In this document: positions 26,059-36,970 of the stretch, one piece after another | Layout of the letters: the number at the start of each line of letters is the position of its first letter | Position numbering within the stretch: the first letter of the stretch is position 1 | Source of the DNA: Aphanocapsa feldmannii 277cV | GTDB lineage: Bacteria; Cyanobacteriota; Cyanobacteriia; PCC-6307; Cyanobiaceae | Reading direction: 5' to 3' | NCBI GenBank assembly: GCA_004768415.1 | Contig: SRMO01000050.1 | Span: 5,784-50,582, forward strand | Length of the DNA stretch: 44,799 bases | The notes under the pieces: model-generated | What the model was told of the DNA's origin: nothing | Database searches by the model: none | The model's input: the letters and a program-made list of their open reading frames with translations, nothing else | Made by a program: the position numbers and the translations under genes

Positions 26059-27018
26059 TCAGCTGCTGGTGCTGCCGCTGCATGAGCTGCCCTGCCCCGC
26101 CGTACAGCCATAGCAATGGTCCGCCGTCTGGATCAGGCGCCGCTCCAGATCCTCCGGCTCGACCGAAGCGATGGACAGACCCTCCATCGCCATGCCCAGC
26201 ATCTGATTGAAGTCGCAGTCGTAGATGCTGCCATCGGCCGCCACAGAGAGCGTATCGCGGCACATCAGCCCGCAGATCGCCCCGGGGTTGAAACCCCGCA
26301 CCAGGGTCTCCATGTAGCTGCTGTAGCGCCCCTCCTGATCGAGCCATCGCTTGAAGCGGGCGATGGGCATGTTGGTGAGGCCGATCAGCCGATCGAAGTG
26401 CACACCCTCCTGCTCCAGCAAGCCCTGCTTCCACTGTTCCACCACCACCGAGCAGAGTGGTTGCAGGCGGTCGCCGTCGGGATTGGTCATCAGCGTCAGC
26501 TGACGGCGGGGATCCCCCAGGCCGTAGCCCGCCCCATTGAGGTGTCGCAGGGCAGCGATGGACATCTCCCAGGTGCCTTCGCCACGCTGGCTGTCGGTGC
26601 GAGGCTTTTGCCAGTGGGGCAGGCTCGCCACGATCTCCACCTGGTGTGCTGCCAGCCATTCCGGCAGGCCCGCGTAGGCCGGCACCAGCAGGATCGTGAG
26701 ATTGCAGCGGTCAATGATCCGCAACCCACGCCGGTGGGCCTCCTCGACGAGATCGCGGAAGCGGAGGTGCATTTCCGGGGCCCCTCCGGTGAGATCCAGC
26801 ACCTCGGGGCAGAGCCTGTCCATCGCAATGATGCAGGCATCGACCACCTCGTCGGACATCTGGGTGTCGCCCCGGTCCGGTCCCGCATCCACATGGCAGT
26901 GGCTGCAGCGCATATTGCAGAGGCGCCCGAGATTGAGCTGCAGCACCCGCAGCCCGCCCCGCCTCAGCGGGGGCAGACCCGTCGCGGTCAGCTGATCCTG
27001 GAAGGTGACGGCTGCCAA
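26059..27018 (-). CDS. arsS: radical SAM/Cys-rich protein, ArsS-like (arsenosugar biosynthesis family)
   Basis: Radical SAM cluster motif LNLGRLCNMRCSHCHVDAGPDRG and the C-terminal Cys-rich tail HCYGCTAGQGSSCSG typical of this family. The only upstream start is TTG 27018. Confidence 0.6.
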   Translation of the reverse strand: MAAVTFQDQLTATGLPPLRRGGLRVLQLNLGRLCNMRCSHCHVDAGPDRGDTQMSDEVVDACIIAMDRLCPEVLDLTGGAPEMHLRFRDLVEEAHRRGLRIIDRCNLTILLVPAYAGLPEWLAAHQVEIVASLPHWQKPRTDSQRGEGTWEMSIAALRHLNGAGYGLGDPRRQLTLMTNPDGDRLQPLCSVVVEQWKQGLLEQEGVHFDRLIGLTNMPIARFKRWLDQEGRYSSYMETLVRGFNPGAICGLMCRDTLSVAADGSIYDCDFNQMLGMAMEGLSIASVEPEDLERRLIQTADHCYGCTAGQGSSCSGSTSS

Positions 27019-28565
27019 GGGCTGAGATCGATGTCAGGGAAAACGTTATCTTCGTGTTCGACAGTGTGCAGCCAGCCGGGGGGAAGGTTCTGCAGACCTT
27101 CCAGATGATCGCGGATGCGCCAGAAGCGACTGAGATGGCGGTCCAGCCGTTGCCGTGCCAGGTCTGTCGTGGTGCCTGCCCTGAGGATAAAGCTCCAGTC
27201 CGAGCTCTGGGCCAGCAGCAGTTCCCGCGCCGCCTGTTGCAGCAGACGGCGTTGCCCCTGCCCCTCGCCGAACCGATCCATCAGCGTCAGCATGGCCCTC
27301 CCCGCCCTGTCCCACTCGGCGGTCATCCATGCGTTGCTCTCGCTCAGCCAGTAGGTGTGGAAGCCACCCTGGCCCCAGCTGGATGGCGCCGGCCGACACA
27401 CCTGCAGTCGGGGCTGTCCCTCGAGGCACTGGCGCAGGGTGGTGAAGGTCAGACCTTCGCTGGCGCCGGCGCGGAAGACAGCTTCCAGGAAGCGGGGCCC
27501 TTCGAACCACCAATGGCCGAACAGTTCGGCGTCGAAGGGGGCCACGATCAGTGGGTCCCGGTGCATGGCCCGGGCCAGTCGCTCGGCCTGGGTCAGGCGG
27601 TCCGCGACAAAGTTCCGGCCATGCTCGTCGGCACGGGCTGTGGCCCTGGAGGGGTCGTAAGGCTCCTTCTCGGCCAGACCACAGGCGCTGTCGGTCACGC
27701 GGTGCAACTTCAACCCAAGGGGGCGGGCGTCGTCGATGCCGACCTCCTGCAGGTCCTCCAGGGGCATGTCCCAGCCCAGATCGCGATGGAACTCCCGGTA
27801 GTCACCATGGCCGGGATAGCCGTCACGTGCCGACCAGACGGGGAGGGTGGAGGCGCTGTCGCGGGCGAAGAAGGCGACGGCACCTGGCGAACAGATGGGG
27901 GCATACACCCCGTAGCGCGGTCGCGGCAGGGCATGGAGCAAGCCGTGGCCGTCGAGGACGGCATAGCGCAGCCCCACGGCAGCCAGCTCCGCGTCGAGAC
28001 CTTCGAAATAGGCGCACTCAGGTAACCAGATGCCCTGCGGTCGGCAACCCAGCTGGCGCCCATGGGCCACCACTGCAGTGTGAAGCTGACCCCGCACCGA
28101 CTGATGCGGTTCCCGCAACAGGGGGAGGTAGCCATGGGTTGCGCTGCAGGTGATCAGGTCCAGCACCCCGGCCTGCTGCAGGGCGGCGAAGGCCAGGACG
28201 GGACGGCGATCGAGGCTTTCCCAGAAGTCCGCCATGGCCTCGATCCGTTCACCCAGGTGGTTCACGGCCGCAGCACAGGCCGAGGGGGCCCCTTCCAACA
28301 GGTGCAGGCGCAACGCCAGCCAGGCGGGAAACCGCTCCTGCAGGAGCGGGTCATCAAGCATCGCCAGCAGCGTTGGCGAGAGGCTCATGGTCAGCCTGGG
28401 CTGCACATCCTCGCTGCTGGCCAGCCCCTGCAGCATGGCCAGCAGCGGCAGATAGCACTCCAGCAGCGCCTGGTGAAACCAGTCCTCTTCCAGCGATCCC
28501 GGTCGGAGGGAACGGACGAATGGCAGGTGCCCATGCAGCACCAGCGCCAGACGACCTGCAGTCAC
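26988..28565 (-). CDS. glycoside hydrolase family 57 protein (GH57 alpha-glucan branching-enzyme-like)
   Basis: N-terminal LALVLHGHLPFVR, internal GIWLPECAY and a C-terminal DUF1957-like helical region (SSDWSF). I placed the start at GTG 28565. The track ORF runs up to 28712. Confidence 0.75.
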   Translation of the reverse strand: MTAGRLALVLHGHLPFVRSLRPGSLEEDWFHQALLECYLPLLAMLQGLASSEDVQPRLTMSLSPTLLAMLDDPLLQERFPAWLALRLHLLEGAPSACAAAVNHLGERIEAMADFWESLDRRPVLAFAALQQAGVLDLITCSATHGYLPLLREPHQSVRGQLHTAVVAHGRQLGCRPQGIWLPECAYFEGLDAELAAVGLRYAVLDGHGLLHALPRPRYGVYAPICSPGAVAFFARDSASTLPVWSARDGYPGHGDYREFHRDLGWDMPLEDLQEVGIDDARPLGLKLHRVTDSACGLAEKEPYDPSRATARADEHGRNFVADRLTQAERLARAMHRDPLIVAPFDAELFGHWWFEGPRFLEAVFRAGASEGLTFTTLRQCLEGQPRLQVCRPAPSSWGQGGFHTYWLSESNAWMTAEWDRAGRAMLTLMDRFGEGQGQRRLLQQAARELLLAQSSDWSFILRAGTTTDLARQRLDRHLSRFWRIRDHLEGLQNLPPGWLHTVEHEDNVFPDIDLSPWQPSPSRIS

Positions 28566-28681
28566 TTGGGAACCTCTGGGTGGCCAGCACCTTACGCGGA
28601 ATCCGGCCGCCTTCTGCTGGACCACCCGATACGGTGGCCTTGAGCTGCGGCTCTTCTCTCCTGCCCGCTTGAACAGCGCCC

Positions 28682-29230
28682 ATGGATTCCTCCGGTCTCC
28701 ACCGCGTCGCACTTGCCGTGGATGGCGCGTCCATGTTCCACGCCCAGCAGAAGATCGGTTGGTTCTTCGACCCCCGCCGTCTGCTCAGCCACTTCGACGA
28801 GCAACCGGCAACCACCATGGTGGCGGCCTTCTGGTACGCATCGATCAGGGAACCCCAGGATCAGCGACCCTTCCGCGATGCCCTCACATCCATCGGTTTC
28901 ACCGTGCGCACGAAGCTGGTGCGGGAATACACCGATGAGAATGATCAGCGCCACTTTTCCGGGGCCAACCTGGAAGTGGAGATCTGCCTGGATCTGCTGT
29001 CCGTGGCCGGCCGCAGCGATGAAGTGGTCCTGCTGTCCGGCAGCCGGCATCTGGAGCGGTTGCTCGAGTCGCTGCGCAGTCGGGGGCTGAGGCTGACCCT
29101 GGTCCACACGGAGGGAATGGTGGCGCGGGATCTGCGCAATGCCGCGGACCGGTTCATCGATCTCAACGACCTGCGCCACGGGATCGAGAAAGTTGAAACC
29201 CTTCATGCCTCAGCCTTTTCCCGTGGCTGA
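28682..29230 (+). CDS. NYN-domain (LabA/DUF88-like) protein
   Basis: VALAVDGASMFHAQ ... ANLEVEICLDLL ... VVLLSGSRHLERLLESLRSRGLRLTLV matches the NYN/LabA acidic-residue pattern. Confidence 0.7.
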   Translation: MDSSGLHRVALAVDGASMFHAQQKIGWFFDPRRLLSHFDEQPATTMVAAFWYASIREPQDQRPFRDALTSIGFTVRTKLVREYTDENDQRHFSGANLEVEICLDLLSVAGRSDEVVLLSGSRHLERLLESLRSRGLRLTLVHTEGMVARDLRNAADRFIDLNDLRHGIEKVETLHASAFSRG

Positions 29231-29399
29231 GGGCCAGGGCCTGCTCCCCGCCCGGACCGCCGGATCTGCCCCCAGCCCCCAGGCCTGCGACACCGTCAAT
29301 GCCGTTCAGCCAGGGTTCGTCAGGCTGGCCCCGGTGCCATCGCCCTGTGGATGAGACAGCCCACCACTTTTTAGATTGTTTGGACGGAACGGTTCCGTG

Positions 29400-31061
29400 A
29401 TGAGCGACTCCACTGCCCAATCCAGCACCAGCGGTCCCCGGGCCAAGGACCCGGGCCGGGTGCTGATCTTTGACACCACCCTGCGGGACGGTGAGCAGTC
29501 CCCCGGGGCGAGCCTCAATCTCGAGGAGAAGCTGACCATCGCCCAGCAGCTCTCACGTCTGGGGGTCGACATCATCGAGGCGGGCTTTCCCTTCGCCAGC
29601 CCAGGCGATTTCGAAGCGGTGCAGCGGATCGCCCGCAGCGTGGGCAGCCAGGATGGTCCCACCATCTGCGGCCTGGCCCGTGCCGCCAGGGCGGACATCA
29701 AGGCATGCGCCGAGGCCATCGCACCTGCCGCCAGGAGCCGCATCCACACCTTCATCGCCACCAGTGACATTCACCTCAGGCACAAGCTGCGCAAGAGCCG
29801 CAAAGAAGTCCTGGAGATCGTTCCAGAGATGGTGGCCTATGCCTGTTCATTCTGTGCGGATGTGGAGTTCTCCTGTGAGGACGCCGGTCGCAGTGATCCT
29901 GAATTCCTCTATCCCGTGATCGAGGCAGCCATCGCCGCCGGTGCCACCACCATCAACATCCCTGACACGGTCGGCTATACCACCCCGGCAGAGTTCGGCG
30001 CCCTGATTGCCGCCATCGATGCCAACGTGCCGAGCATCGATCAGGCAGTGATCTCCGTCCACGGTCACAATGACCTGGGACTGGCTGTGGCCAACTTCCT
30101 GGAGGCGGTCAAGAACGGTGCCCGTCAGCTGGAGTGCACCATCAACGGCATCGGCGAGCGGGCCGGCAATGCGGCCCTCGAGGAGCTGGTGATGGCCATG
30201 CATGTGCGTCGCCAGTACTTCAACCTCTTCCTGGGGAGACCGCTCGAGTGTCCCGATCCCCTCACAGCAATCCGCACCGAGGAGATCCACAAGACCTCCC
30301 GGCTCGTTTCGAATCTCACTGGCATGTCAGTGCAGCCGAACAAGGCGATCGTGGGGGCCAATGCCTTTGCCCACGAATCCGGCATCCACCAGGACGGTGT
30401 TCTGAAGAACCGGCTCACCTACGAGATCATGGATGCCCGTACCGTCGGGCTGATGGATAACCGCATCAGCCTGGGCAAGCTCTCCGGCCGCAGGGCCTTC
30501 CGCAGTCGCCTGGAAGCGCTGGGTTACAACCTCTCCAACGAGGATCTCAACGCGGCCTTCGCCCGCTTCAAGGAGTTGGCCGATCGCAAACGCGACATCA
30601 CCGACCGCGACCTGGAAGCGATTGTCAGTGACCAGAGTCAGCAGGTGGAGGCCACCTTCAGCCTCGAGCTGGTGCAGGTGAGCTGCGGCACCAACATGCA
30701 TCCCACCGCCACCGTCACCCTGAGGAACATCGATGGGGAGGATCACACCGCTGCCGCCATCGGCACCGGGCCGGTGGATGCGGTCTGCCAGGCCCTGAAC
30801 CACCTCGCCGCCGTTCCCAACGAGCTCGTGGAATTCAGTGTCAAGTCCGTCACCGCCGGCATCGATTCGATGGGGGAGGTCTCGATCCGGCTGCGCCATG
30901 GTGGCCGTCTTTACTCCGGCTATGGTGCCGACACCGATGTGGTGGTGGCATCGGCCAAAGCCTTCGTCAGTGCGCTGAACCGCCTGGTGGCCACCACCAG
31001 GGCGGCAGGGTTGAATCCCCAGCAAGCCGAGGACTGCCTCGAGGCTGGTCGGGGGGTGTGA
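29400..31061 (+). CDS. leuA: 2-isopropylmalate synthase
   Basis: [29 protein letters not shown], and a C-terminal LeuA dimerisation/regulatory domain. ATG at 29400 (MSDSTAQ). The track ORF opens at 29376. Confidence 0.93.
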   Translation: MSDSTAQSSTSGPRAKDPGRVLIFDTTLRDGEQSPGASLNLEEKLTIAQQLSRLGVDIIEAGFPFASPGDFEAVQRIARSVGSQDGPTICGLARAARADIKACAEAIAPAARSRIHTFIATSDIHLRHKLRKSRKEVLEIVPEMVAYACSFCADVEFSCEDAGRSDPEFLYPVIEAAIAAGATTINIPDTVGYTTPAEFGALIAAIDANVPSIDQAVISVHGHNDLGLAVANFLEAVKNGARQLECTINGIGERAGNAALEELVMAMHVRRQYFNLFLGRPLECPDPLTAIRTEEIHKTSRLVSNLTGMSVQPNKAIVGANAFAHESGIHQDGVLKNRLTYEIMDARTVGLMDNRISLGKLSGRRAFRSRLEALGYNLSNEDLNAAFARFKELADRKRDITDRDLEAIVSDQSQQVEATFSLELVQVSCGTNMHPTATVTLRNIDGEDHTAAAIGTGPVDAVCQALNHLAAVPNELVEFSVKSVTAGIDSMGEVSIRLRHGGRLYSGYGADTDVVVASAKAFVSALNRLVATTRAAGLNPQQAEDCLEAGRGV

Positions 31062-31747
31062 AGGGAATTCTCTGGGAGAATGACACCACTCAGCCGATGG
31101 AACCGATGTCCCTGGAGCCTCCCCGAACCGAATCCGCGACACAGGACGATGCACTGACTCTTCAGCAGGCCAGGGACGAGGCCACGCTTCAGTTCAAGGG
31201 ATTCCGGTTCACCATCACCGACTATCCCAGCACCCTGGAAGGGCTGGCACGGACCGATGCCGAGTCGGAGTACGGACGACTCCGGGACAACGCTGGTCGA
31301 CTGAACCGTTCCCGCAGTCAGCTGATCCGTCGCCATGGGGAGCTGAAGTTCCGCCTTGTCAGGGCCGAACGGGCTCGGGGCCGGCTCCAGCAGCTTGCAG
31401 AGGAGAAACAGCGACAGCTTGATCAGACCCTGGAAACCCTCAAGCTGACCAAGGGAGAGAAGGCACGCATTCTTGGAAGTATGCAAGAGGTCCGGGATGA
31501 GTTGGCTCGCTACAGTGAACTTGAAGCTGGCCTGACCCGGCTTCTGGCTGATATCCCTGAGCGCGGGCTGCCGGGCATTCCCATTCTTAAGCAGCTGTTG
31601 GCCTTTGTGCGCAAGTGGTTCTCTGGCAAAGGCCTACCCTTGCCGGTGGACACCAAGCAGCCAATGGCCATTGGAGCCACACGCGGTGGCTCAATGGGAG
31701 ACGACATTGGCGAAGACTGGCGGGATGATTACAATGCCTCTAAGTAG
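31058..31747 (+). CDS. hypothetical coiled-coil protein (up to 229 aa)
   Basis: GTG 31058 overlaps the leuA stop by 4 nt (GTGA). The ATG at 31097 is an alternative start. The central ~80 aa are heptad-like and charged ([69 protein letters not shown]). No family recognised. GC is lower than the flanks (32/60 in 31441-31500). Confidence 0.5.
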   Translation: MKGILWENDTTQPMEPMSLEPPRTESATQDDALTLQQARDEATLQFKGFRFTITDYPSTLEGLARTDAESEYGRLRDNAGRLNRSRSQLIRRHGELKFRLVRAERARGRLQQLAEEKQRQLDQTLETLKLTKGEKARILGSMQEVRDELARYSELEAGLTRLLADIPERGLPGIPILKQLLAFVRKWFSGKGLPLPVDTKQPMAIGATRGGSMGDDIGEDWRDDYNASK

Positions 31748-31758
31748 GAGAAGTTGAC

Positions 31759-32187
31759 ATGGGAATCGGTGATGTCGTTCAGAAGCTCGATGGACTGATT
31801 GGCGAGATGGCCAACCTTGAGGCTGTGGAGACGCGAGCCCTTGCCGCTCACTTTCGAGCCTCCACAGATCTGCTCGGGGAGCTTCAGCCTCTGCTGCGAC
31901 TGCCTGAACAATCTTCCCTTGTGGCTGGTCGGAGCTGGACAAAGGAGGGCGCCTTGCAGCGGTTTGGTAACTACACGCTTGCCCGGTCACATTGCGGCGA
32001 GTTGATTCGCAAGGGCAAGGCTCGGAAGGTCAGCTGCTGGAGCTGGGAGGCGATCTTAGGGACACTCGCACAGGCGGGAGAAACACCGCCGTTAGATACG
32101 TTGGAGCAAATCGAATGCCTTCGCGCAGAGAACGGGCAGCTACGACAGCAGATTCTGGAACTTGGCAATGCGCTGCACCGTTCATAG
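31759..32187 (+). CDS. hypothetical protein (142 aa) with C-terminal leucine-zipper-like helix
   Basis: The ATG is preceded by AGGAG 8 nt upstream and lies 11 nt after the previous stop. The C-terminus is LDTLEQIECLRAENGQLRQQILELGNAL. No family recognised. Confidence 0.55.
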   Translation: MGIGDVVQKLDGLIGEMANLEAVETRALAAHFRASTDLLGELQPLLRLPEQSSLVAGRSWTKEGALQRFGNYTLARSHCGELIRKGKARKVSCWSWEAILGTLAQAGETPPLDTLEQIECLRAENGQLRQQILELGNALHRS

Positions 32188-32251
32188 GTCTCATCCAGGT
32201 CAGCCAGCCCATCGAATTGATTGTTCTCGCCAGAAATGCGGGGTTGGCTGG

Positions 32252-32270
32252 AGCCTCCCCTGGGGAGGCT
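32252..32270. terminator. short GC hairpin immediately downstream of the lipA stop, between convergent genes
   Basis: AGCCTCCCC-t-GGGGAGGCT has perfect 9-nt arms. It ends 1 nt before the lipA stop codon complement at 32272-32274. Confidence 0.35.
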
Positions 32271-32271
32271 G

Positions 32272-33174
32272 TCAAGCATCTGCGTGATAGGAGCTGCGCA
32301 CAAGGGGGCCGCAGCGCACATTGCTGAAGCCCAGCTGCCGGGCCATGGCGCCGAGTCGTGTGAAGGCTTCAGGCTGCCAGTAGCGCGCCACCGGCAGGTG
32401 ATCCAGGGACGGGCGCAGATACTGGCCAAGGGTGACGCGATCGCAGCCCACGGCGCGCAGATCCCGCAGGGTCTCCACCACTTCCTCCTCTGCTTCGCCG
32501 AGGCCGAGCATCAGACCGGACTTGGTTGGAATGCCGGGCGCAAGTGTCTTGCTGAGGCCCAGCAGCTTGAGGGAGCGGTCGTACTTTGCACCACGACGCA
32601 CTTCACCCTGCAGCCGCCGCACTGTTTCAAGATTGTGGTTGAAACAGGCGGGCGAGGCCGTCAGCACGGTTTGCAACCGCCCTCGCTGTGCATCAGCGGC
32701 ATCAAGCGGGTCCAGCTGGCCACCCCAGAAGTCGGGGGTAAGCACTTCGATGGCAATCAGCGGATCACGCCGCCGGATGGCCACCATGGTGTCGACGAAA
32801 TGGCTCGCGCCATGGTCTGTGAGGTCGTCGCGGGCGACGGCGGTGAGCACCACATAGCGGAGACCGAGGCTCTCCACCGCGTCGGCCACCCGCTCGGCTT
32901 CAGAGCGATCCAGGGGTTGGGGTGCCTGGCCCTTCGCCACCTGGCAGAAGGCACAGCTACGCGTACAGATCGGCCCACCCAGCAGAAAGGTCGCTGTGCC
33001 GGCGGCATAGCACTCGGCGCGGTTGGGACAGCGCCCTTCCTCACAGATGGTGTGCAGCTGCCCTGCCCGCATGGTTCGCTGCACCCGCTCGATGGCGGAG
33101 ACATTGCCCACGGGCCGGCGCAGCCATGCGGGCAGAGGCTCCCTGGGCGGAATCGCGGTGTAACGCGTGGCCAT
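32272..33174 (-). CDS. lipA: lipoyl synthase
   Basis: [12 protein letters not shown] plus the radical SAM motif [13 protein letters not shown] at 33174 ([10 protein letters not shown]) gives 300 aa. The track ORF extends spuriously to 33330. Confidence 0.92.
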   Translation of the reverse strand: MATRYTAIPPREPLPAWLRRPVGNVSAIERVQRTMRAGQLHTICEEGRCPNRAECYAAGTATFLLGGPICTRSCAFCQVAKGQAPQPLDRSEAERVADAVESLGLRYVVLTAVARDDLTDHGASHFVDTMVAIRRRDPLIAIEVLTPDFWGGQLDPLDAADAQRGRLQTVLTASPACFNHNLETVRRLQGEVRRGAKYDRSLKLLGLSKTLAPGIPTKSGLMLGLGEAEEEVVETLRDLRAVGCDRVTLGQYLRPSLDHLPVARYWQPEAFTRLGAMARQLGFSNVRCGPLVRSSYHADA

Positions 33175-33256
33175 CGGCTGACGCCTGGGCAGTGGGGCTG
33201 AGGCTAGGCGGAGCTGTTGCCCACAGCCAGACCTGCCTCTGCGCTGCTGCTCCCTG

Positions 33257-33856
33257 TCACGCCACCGGCCGACGCCCTTCCAGGGCCCGGGCCAGGGTGA
33301 TGTCGTCCACGAATTCCAGCTCACTGCCAACCGGCAGTCCGTAGGCGATGCGGGTCACCCTGCAGAAGGGTTTCAACAGCCGCGCCAGGTAGAGACTGGT
33401 GGTATCACCTTCCACACTGGGCGTCAGCGCCAGAATCACTTCGGTGGGGCTTCGTTCTGTGACCCGTTCCAGCAGTGACTGGATCTGAAGCGCCTCTGGC
33501 CCGATGCCGTCCATCGGTGAGATCAGGCCCCCCAGCACGTGATACAGACCCCTGAATTCCCGGCTGCGCTCCATCGCCAGCAGGTCGCGGGAATCCGCCA
33601 CGATGCAGAGCTGATTGCTCAGGCGTTCCGGGTTGCGACAGATCTCGCAGATCGGCTCCGCCGATAGGTGGAAGCATTGCTGACATTGGCCCACCTGGCG
33701 CTTGGCGTTGAGGAGGGCATCAGCGAACCCCCGGACCTGGTCGTCCGGTTGTCGCAGCAGATGCAGCGCCAGGCGCTGGGCAGTGCGTGGGCCGATCCCC
33801 GGCAGGCGCTCGAACTGTTCGATCAATCGTGCCAGCGGTCGGGTAAAGCTGCTCAC
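33257..33856 (-). CDS. recR: recombination protein RecR
   Basis: Helix-hairpin-helix [20 protein letters not shown], zinc finger [16 protein letters not shown], and a Toprim segment. GTG at 33856 ([14 protein letters not shown]) gives 199 aa. Confidence 0.9.
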   Translation of the reverse strand: MSSFTRPLARLIEQFERLPGIGPRTAQRLALHLLRQPDDQVRGFADALLNAKRQVGQCQQCFHLSAEPICEICRNPERLSNQLCIVADSRDLLAMERSREFRGLYHVLGGLISPMDGIGPEALQIQSLLERVTERSPTEVILALTPSVEGDTTSLYLARLLKPFCRVTRIAYGLPVGSELEFVDDITLARALEGRRPVA

Positions 33857-33960
33857 GCGTGCCCCGGGGCAGGAACTCGAAGGCATTCAAGGAGCATGGT
33901 CGGGCACTCCCCGGGGAGCGCATGCCGCCGGCAACAATGGAGACCACTCACCGCGATGTC

Positions 33961-34500
33961 ATGTCTGCCCTGCTCAGGCCCACCCTGGCAGCACTGCTGG
34001 TGCTGCTGCTGGTGGGCTGTGGAGCCACCACCGGCCTCAATGGCTACCAGAGCCCAAACGGTCGCTATGCCTTCCTCTACCCCTCCGGCTGGACCGAAGT
34101 GAAGGTGCCCGGTGGTCCTGAACGGGTCTTCCACGACCTGATCAACAGCGACGAGACCCTCAGCCTGGTGACCTCCGCCGTGGATCCCGATCGCAGCCTC
34201 ACGTCCCTGGGGAGCCCGGCGGAGGTGGGGGAGCTGCTGCGTCGCCGCGCCATTGCGCCCGAGGGCAGCGGCCGCACCGCTGAGCTGGTGGACGCCAGGC
34301 AGCGGCAGAGCGACGGCCGTACCTTCTACGACTTCGACTATCACGTGCGCCTGGCCGGCCATGACCGCCACGAACTGGCCACGGTGGTGGTGGACCGCGG
34401 CCAGCTCTACACCTTTGCCGTCGGCACCGACCAGCGCCGCTGGGATCGCATCCACACGCTGCTGAGCAAGGTGGTGACATCCTTCACCCTGCTGACCTGA
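33961..34500 (+). CDS. psbP: PsbP-domain lipoprotein (CyanoP-like)
   Basis: Lipobox LLLVGCG. PsbP-like core YAFLYPSGWTEV...VFHDL...ETLSLV...SLGSPAEVGE...GRTFYDFDY...HELATVVVDRGQLYTFAV. Alternative ATG starts at 33922 and 33937. Confidence 0.75.
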   Translation: MSALLRPTLAALLVLLLVGCGATTGLNGYQSPNGRYAFLYPSGWTEVKVPGGPERVFHDLINSDETLSLVTSAVDPDRSLTSLGSPAEVGELLRRRAIAPEGSGRTAELVDARQRQSDGRTFYDFDYHVRLAGHDRHELATVVVDRGQLYTFAVGTDQRRWDRIHTLLSKVVTSFTLLT

Positions 34501-34566
34501 TCGCCATCCCCTGTCTTGATCTGTCCGGTTGCATTGTGCCGGTTTCATTGTGGGGATCTCTCCTGC

Positions 34567-35805
34567 GTGTCTGACGTCACCCCAGCTCGCTTTGCCGACG
34601 TCACCGTTGTGGGTGCAGGTCTCACGGGATCTCTGGTTGCCCTTGCGCTGGCGGAACGGGGGGCTGCTGTTCAACTGATCGAGGCACCGGGAGTCCTCAC
34701 AGCCACAGCCTTCAGCTATGCCGGCGTGCCCTGGTGGAGCGGCCCTGCCGGGGCATTGGGTGAGCTGCAGGCCGGGGCATTGCGGACTTGGCAGGCCCTC
34801 AGCCTGCGGCATGGGGACCTGGGCGTGGAATCCTGCTCGCTGGCCCTGCTGCCGGACGTGGGGGAAGGGCCATTGGCTGCGTCCCACCTCACCACCCTGC
34901 TGCCCCACGGGCCCGAGGGAACCTGGATCGAGGCCGAGGCACTGCGGGCCCTGGAGCCCCGCCTCCGGCCCAGGCAACAGTCCGGTGCCCTGCTGCTTCC
35001 CTACGCCCGGGTGGCGCTCGAGCGCTGGTCGCTCGGCCTGCGGCGGGCCCTGCGGCGGCTGCGCGTTCATCGCCTGCAGGGCCGAGTGTGCCAGCTGATG
35101 CCAGTGTCCGCAGGGCCTGGCACAACACCGGTGCAACTCCGCTGCACGGACGGCACCCTGCTGTCCTGTCGCCACGTCGTGCTCTGCCAGGGTGCCTCGA
35201 TCCCTGAACTGTTGCCATCCACCTGGCTTCCCCAGCTTCGCCACAGCTGGGCCGGTGCCCTCGACCTGCCATTGGCAGACCGCTGGCGAGGCCCGCTGGT
35301 GATGGCGCTCAGGACGTTGCGCCGCCAATTGGAGACCAGCTCTCTGGCCCAGCGGACGGCGGCCTGGTCAGGCCCCAGGGAAACCCCCCGCCCCGCCGAT
35401 GCCGTAATCCTCGACCCTGGCCTGGCACCCTGCAGCGCCGGGGTTCGCCTGGGGCAGACCAGTTCACTGGGACTGGAGCCCACGCCACTGCAGCCACCCG
35501 ATCCGGCCCAGGAACGGCGGCGTCTCGCCCGCGTGGGCGAACTGTTGCTTGCAGAATGGGGGCCGAAGCAGCTGGCGATGGCCAGGCTGCGCCAGGGACC
35601 CGTGAGCTTCACCCTGGACGGGCGACCCTTGGTGGGTTCCATGCCCCGGCGTCCGGGAGTGTGGGTGTTCAGCGGTTTCAGTGGCCCCTTTGCCCAGGCT
35701 GTGGTACTGGCACCACTGCTGGCAAGGGCGCTGGACAGCGGCCGTGAGCTCGATGCCGCCCTGGCGTTGCAGCCCTGGCGGCCACTGATGGGCGAGCAAG
35801 GCTGA
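34567..35805 (+). CDS. FAD-dependent oxidoreductase (DAO/glycine-oxidase-like superfamily)
   Basis: N-terminal dinucleotide-binding fold DVTVVGAGLTGSLVALALAERGAAVQLIE. Specific function not assignable. GTG 34567 chosen; TTG 34516 is also possible. Confidence 0.6.
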   Translation: MSDVTPARFADVTVVGAGLTGSLVALALAERGAAVQLIEAPGVLTATAFSYAGVPWWSGPAGALGELQAGALRTWQALSLRHGDLGVESCSLALLPDVGEGPLAASHLTTLLPHGPEGTWIEAEALRALEPRLRPRQQSGALLLPYARVALERWSLGLRRALRRLRVHRLQGRVCQLMPVSAGPGTTPVQLRCTDGTLLSCRHVVLCQGASIPELLPSTWLPQLRHSWAGALDLPLADRWRGPLVMALRTLRRQLETSSLAQRTAAWSGPRETPRPADAVILDPGLAPCSAGVRLGQTSSLGLEPTPLQPPDPAQERRRLARVGELLLAEWGPKQLAMARLRQGPVSFTLDGRPLVGSMPRRPGVWVFSGFSGPFAQAVVLAPLLARALDSGRELDAALALQPWRPLMGEQG

Positions 35806-35929
35806 ATGGAGGGTCGAGGCAGTGGCTCAGGGGGCTCAGGGGAAAACGCCGCTGCACGCTCCGGACAAACCCTGACCGACAGGAGAGGGGGTGGCGGTGC
35901 CCCTATCGACAACCATCTGTCTGCTCGGC

Positions 35930-36808
35930 TCAGACGGCAAGCCTGGCTGTCCTGACCCCATGGAGACGCAGGAAGGTGGCGATGGTCTCCTTCATGCGGG
36001 TGCGTGGGATGATGCAATCGACAAAACCGTGTTCCTGCAGGTACTCAGCCGTCTGGAAGCCTTCCGGTAGCTTTTCCCGCAGTGTCTGCTCGATCACCCG
36101 CTGGCCAGCGAAGCCGATCAGCGCGCGGGGCTCCGCAAGGATCAGGTCACCGAGCATGGCGAAGCTCGCGGTAACGCCGCCCGTGGTGGGGTGGGTCAGG
36201 AGGGGCATGTACAGCAGCCTGGCCGCCCTGTGACGTTGCAGTGCACCTGAGATCTTGGCCATCTGCATGAGGCTGAGCAGACCCTCCTGCATGCGGGCTC
36301 CACCGGAAGCGCAGACGATCACCACCGGCTGGCATGCCTTGGTGGAGGCCTCGATCATGCGGGTCAGCTTCTCCCCCACCACAGAACCCATGCTTCCCCC
36401 CATGAAGCGGAAGTCCATCACACCCAGGCCCAGGGCCATGCCCTCGATGCTGGCCCGGCCGGTGACCACTGCATCGCGCAGACCGGTGTTCTGCTGGCTG
36501 TCGCGGATGCGATCGCTGTAGGTCTTGCGGTCCTTGAAGCCGAGCGGGTCGGTGGGACGGAGATCATCATCGCTGGGCCGGAAACTGCCTGGGTCCACCA
36601 GCAGACGGATCCGCTCATCACTGTCAATGCGGAAGTGATAAGCGCAGTTGAGGCAGACACTGGCGTTGGCGCGCAGGTCCTTGGTGTAGCTCATCTGCCC
36701 ACACTGCGGGCATTTGCTCCACAGGCCATCGGCATCATCGTTGTCCTGGGTGACGCGAATGACCGGTGCTGCCTTGCGGCGATCGGCGAACCAGTCGAGC
36801 AGCGACAT
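35930..36808 (-). CDS. accD: acetyl-CoA carboxylase carboxyltransferase subunit beta
   Basis: [12 protein letters not shown], zinc ribbon CPQCGQ...[10 protein letters not shown], and a carboxyltransferase core ([12 protein letters not shown]). Confidence 0.93.
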   Translation of the reverse strand: MSLLDWFADRRKAAPVIRVTQDNDDADGLWSKCPQCGQMSYTKDLRANASVCLNCAYHFRIDSDERIRLLVDPGSFRPSDDDLRPTDPLGFKDRKTYSDRIRDSQQNTGLRDAVVTGRASIEGMALGLGVMDFRFMGGSMGSVVGEKLTRMIEASTKACQPVVIVCASGGARMQEGLLSLMQMAKISGALQRHRAARLLYMPLLTHPTTGGVTASFAMLGDLILAEPRALIGFAGQRVIEQTLREKLPEGFQTAEYLQEHGFVDCIIPRTRMKETIATFLRLHGVRTARLAV

Positions 36809-36970
36809 CAGGGCCTCGGCAAGTGCCCCCATTAAAGGCCTCACAGATGTCCTGCAGTTGTTGCGGGGGTGTCGGTCTGCGCGCTTCAGGCTGAGCGCCG
36901 ATCAGGCTGTGTCGCTGGCTGCAGAGCCCTGCGGATCATCCTGCCGGCTGCCTGGCCGCTTCCGGCCGGA

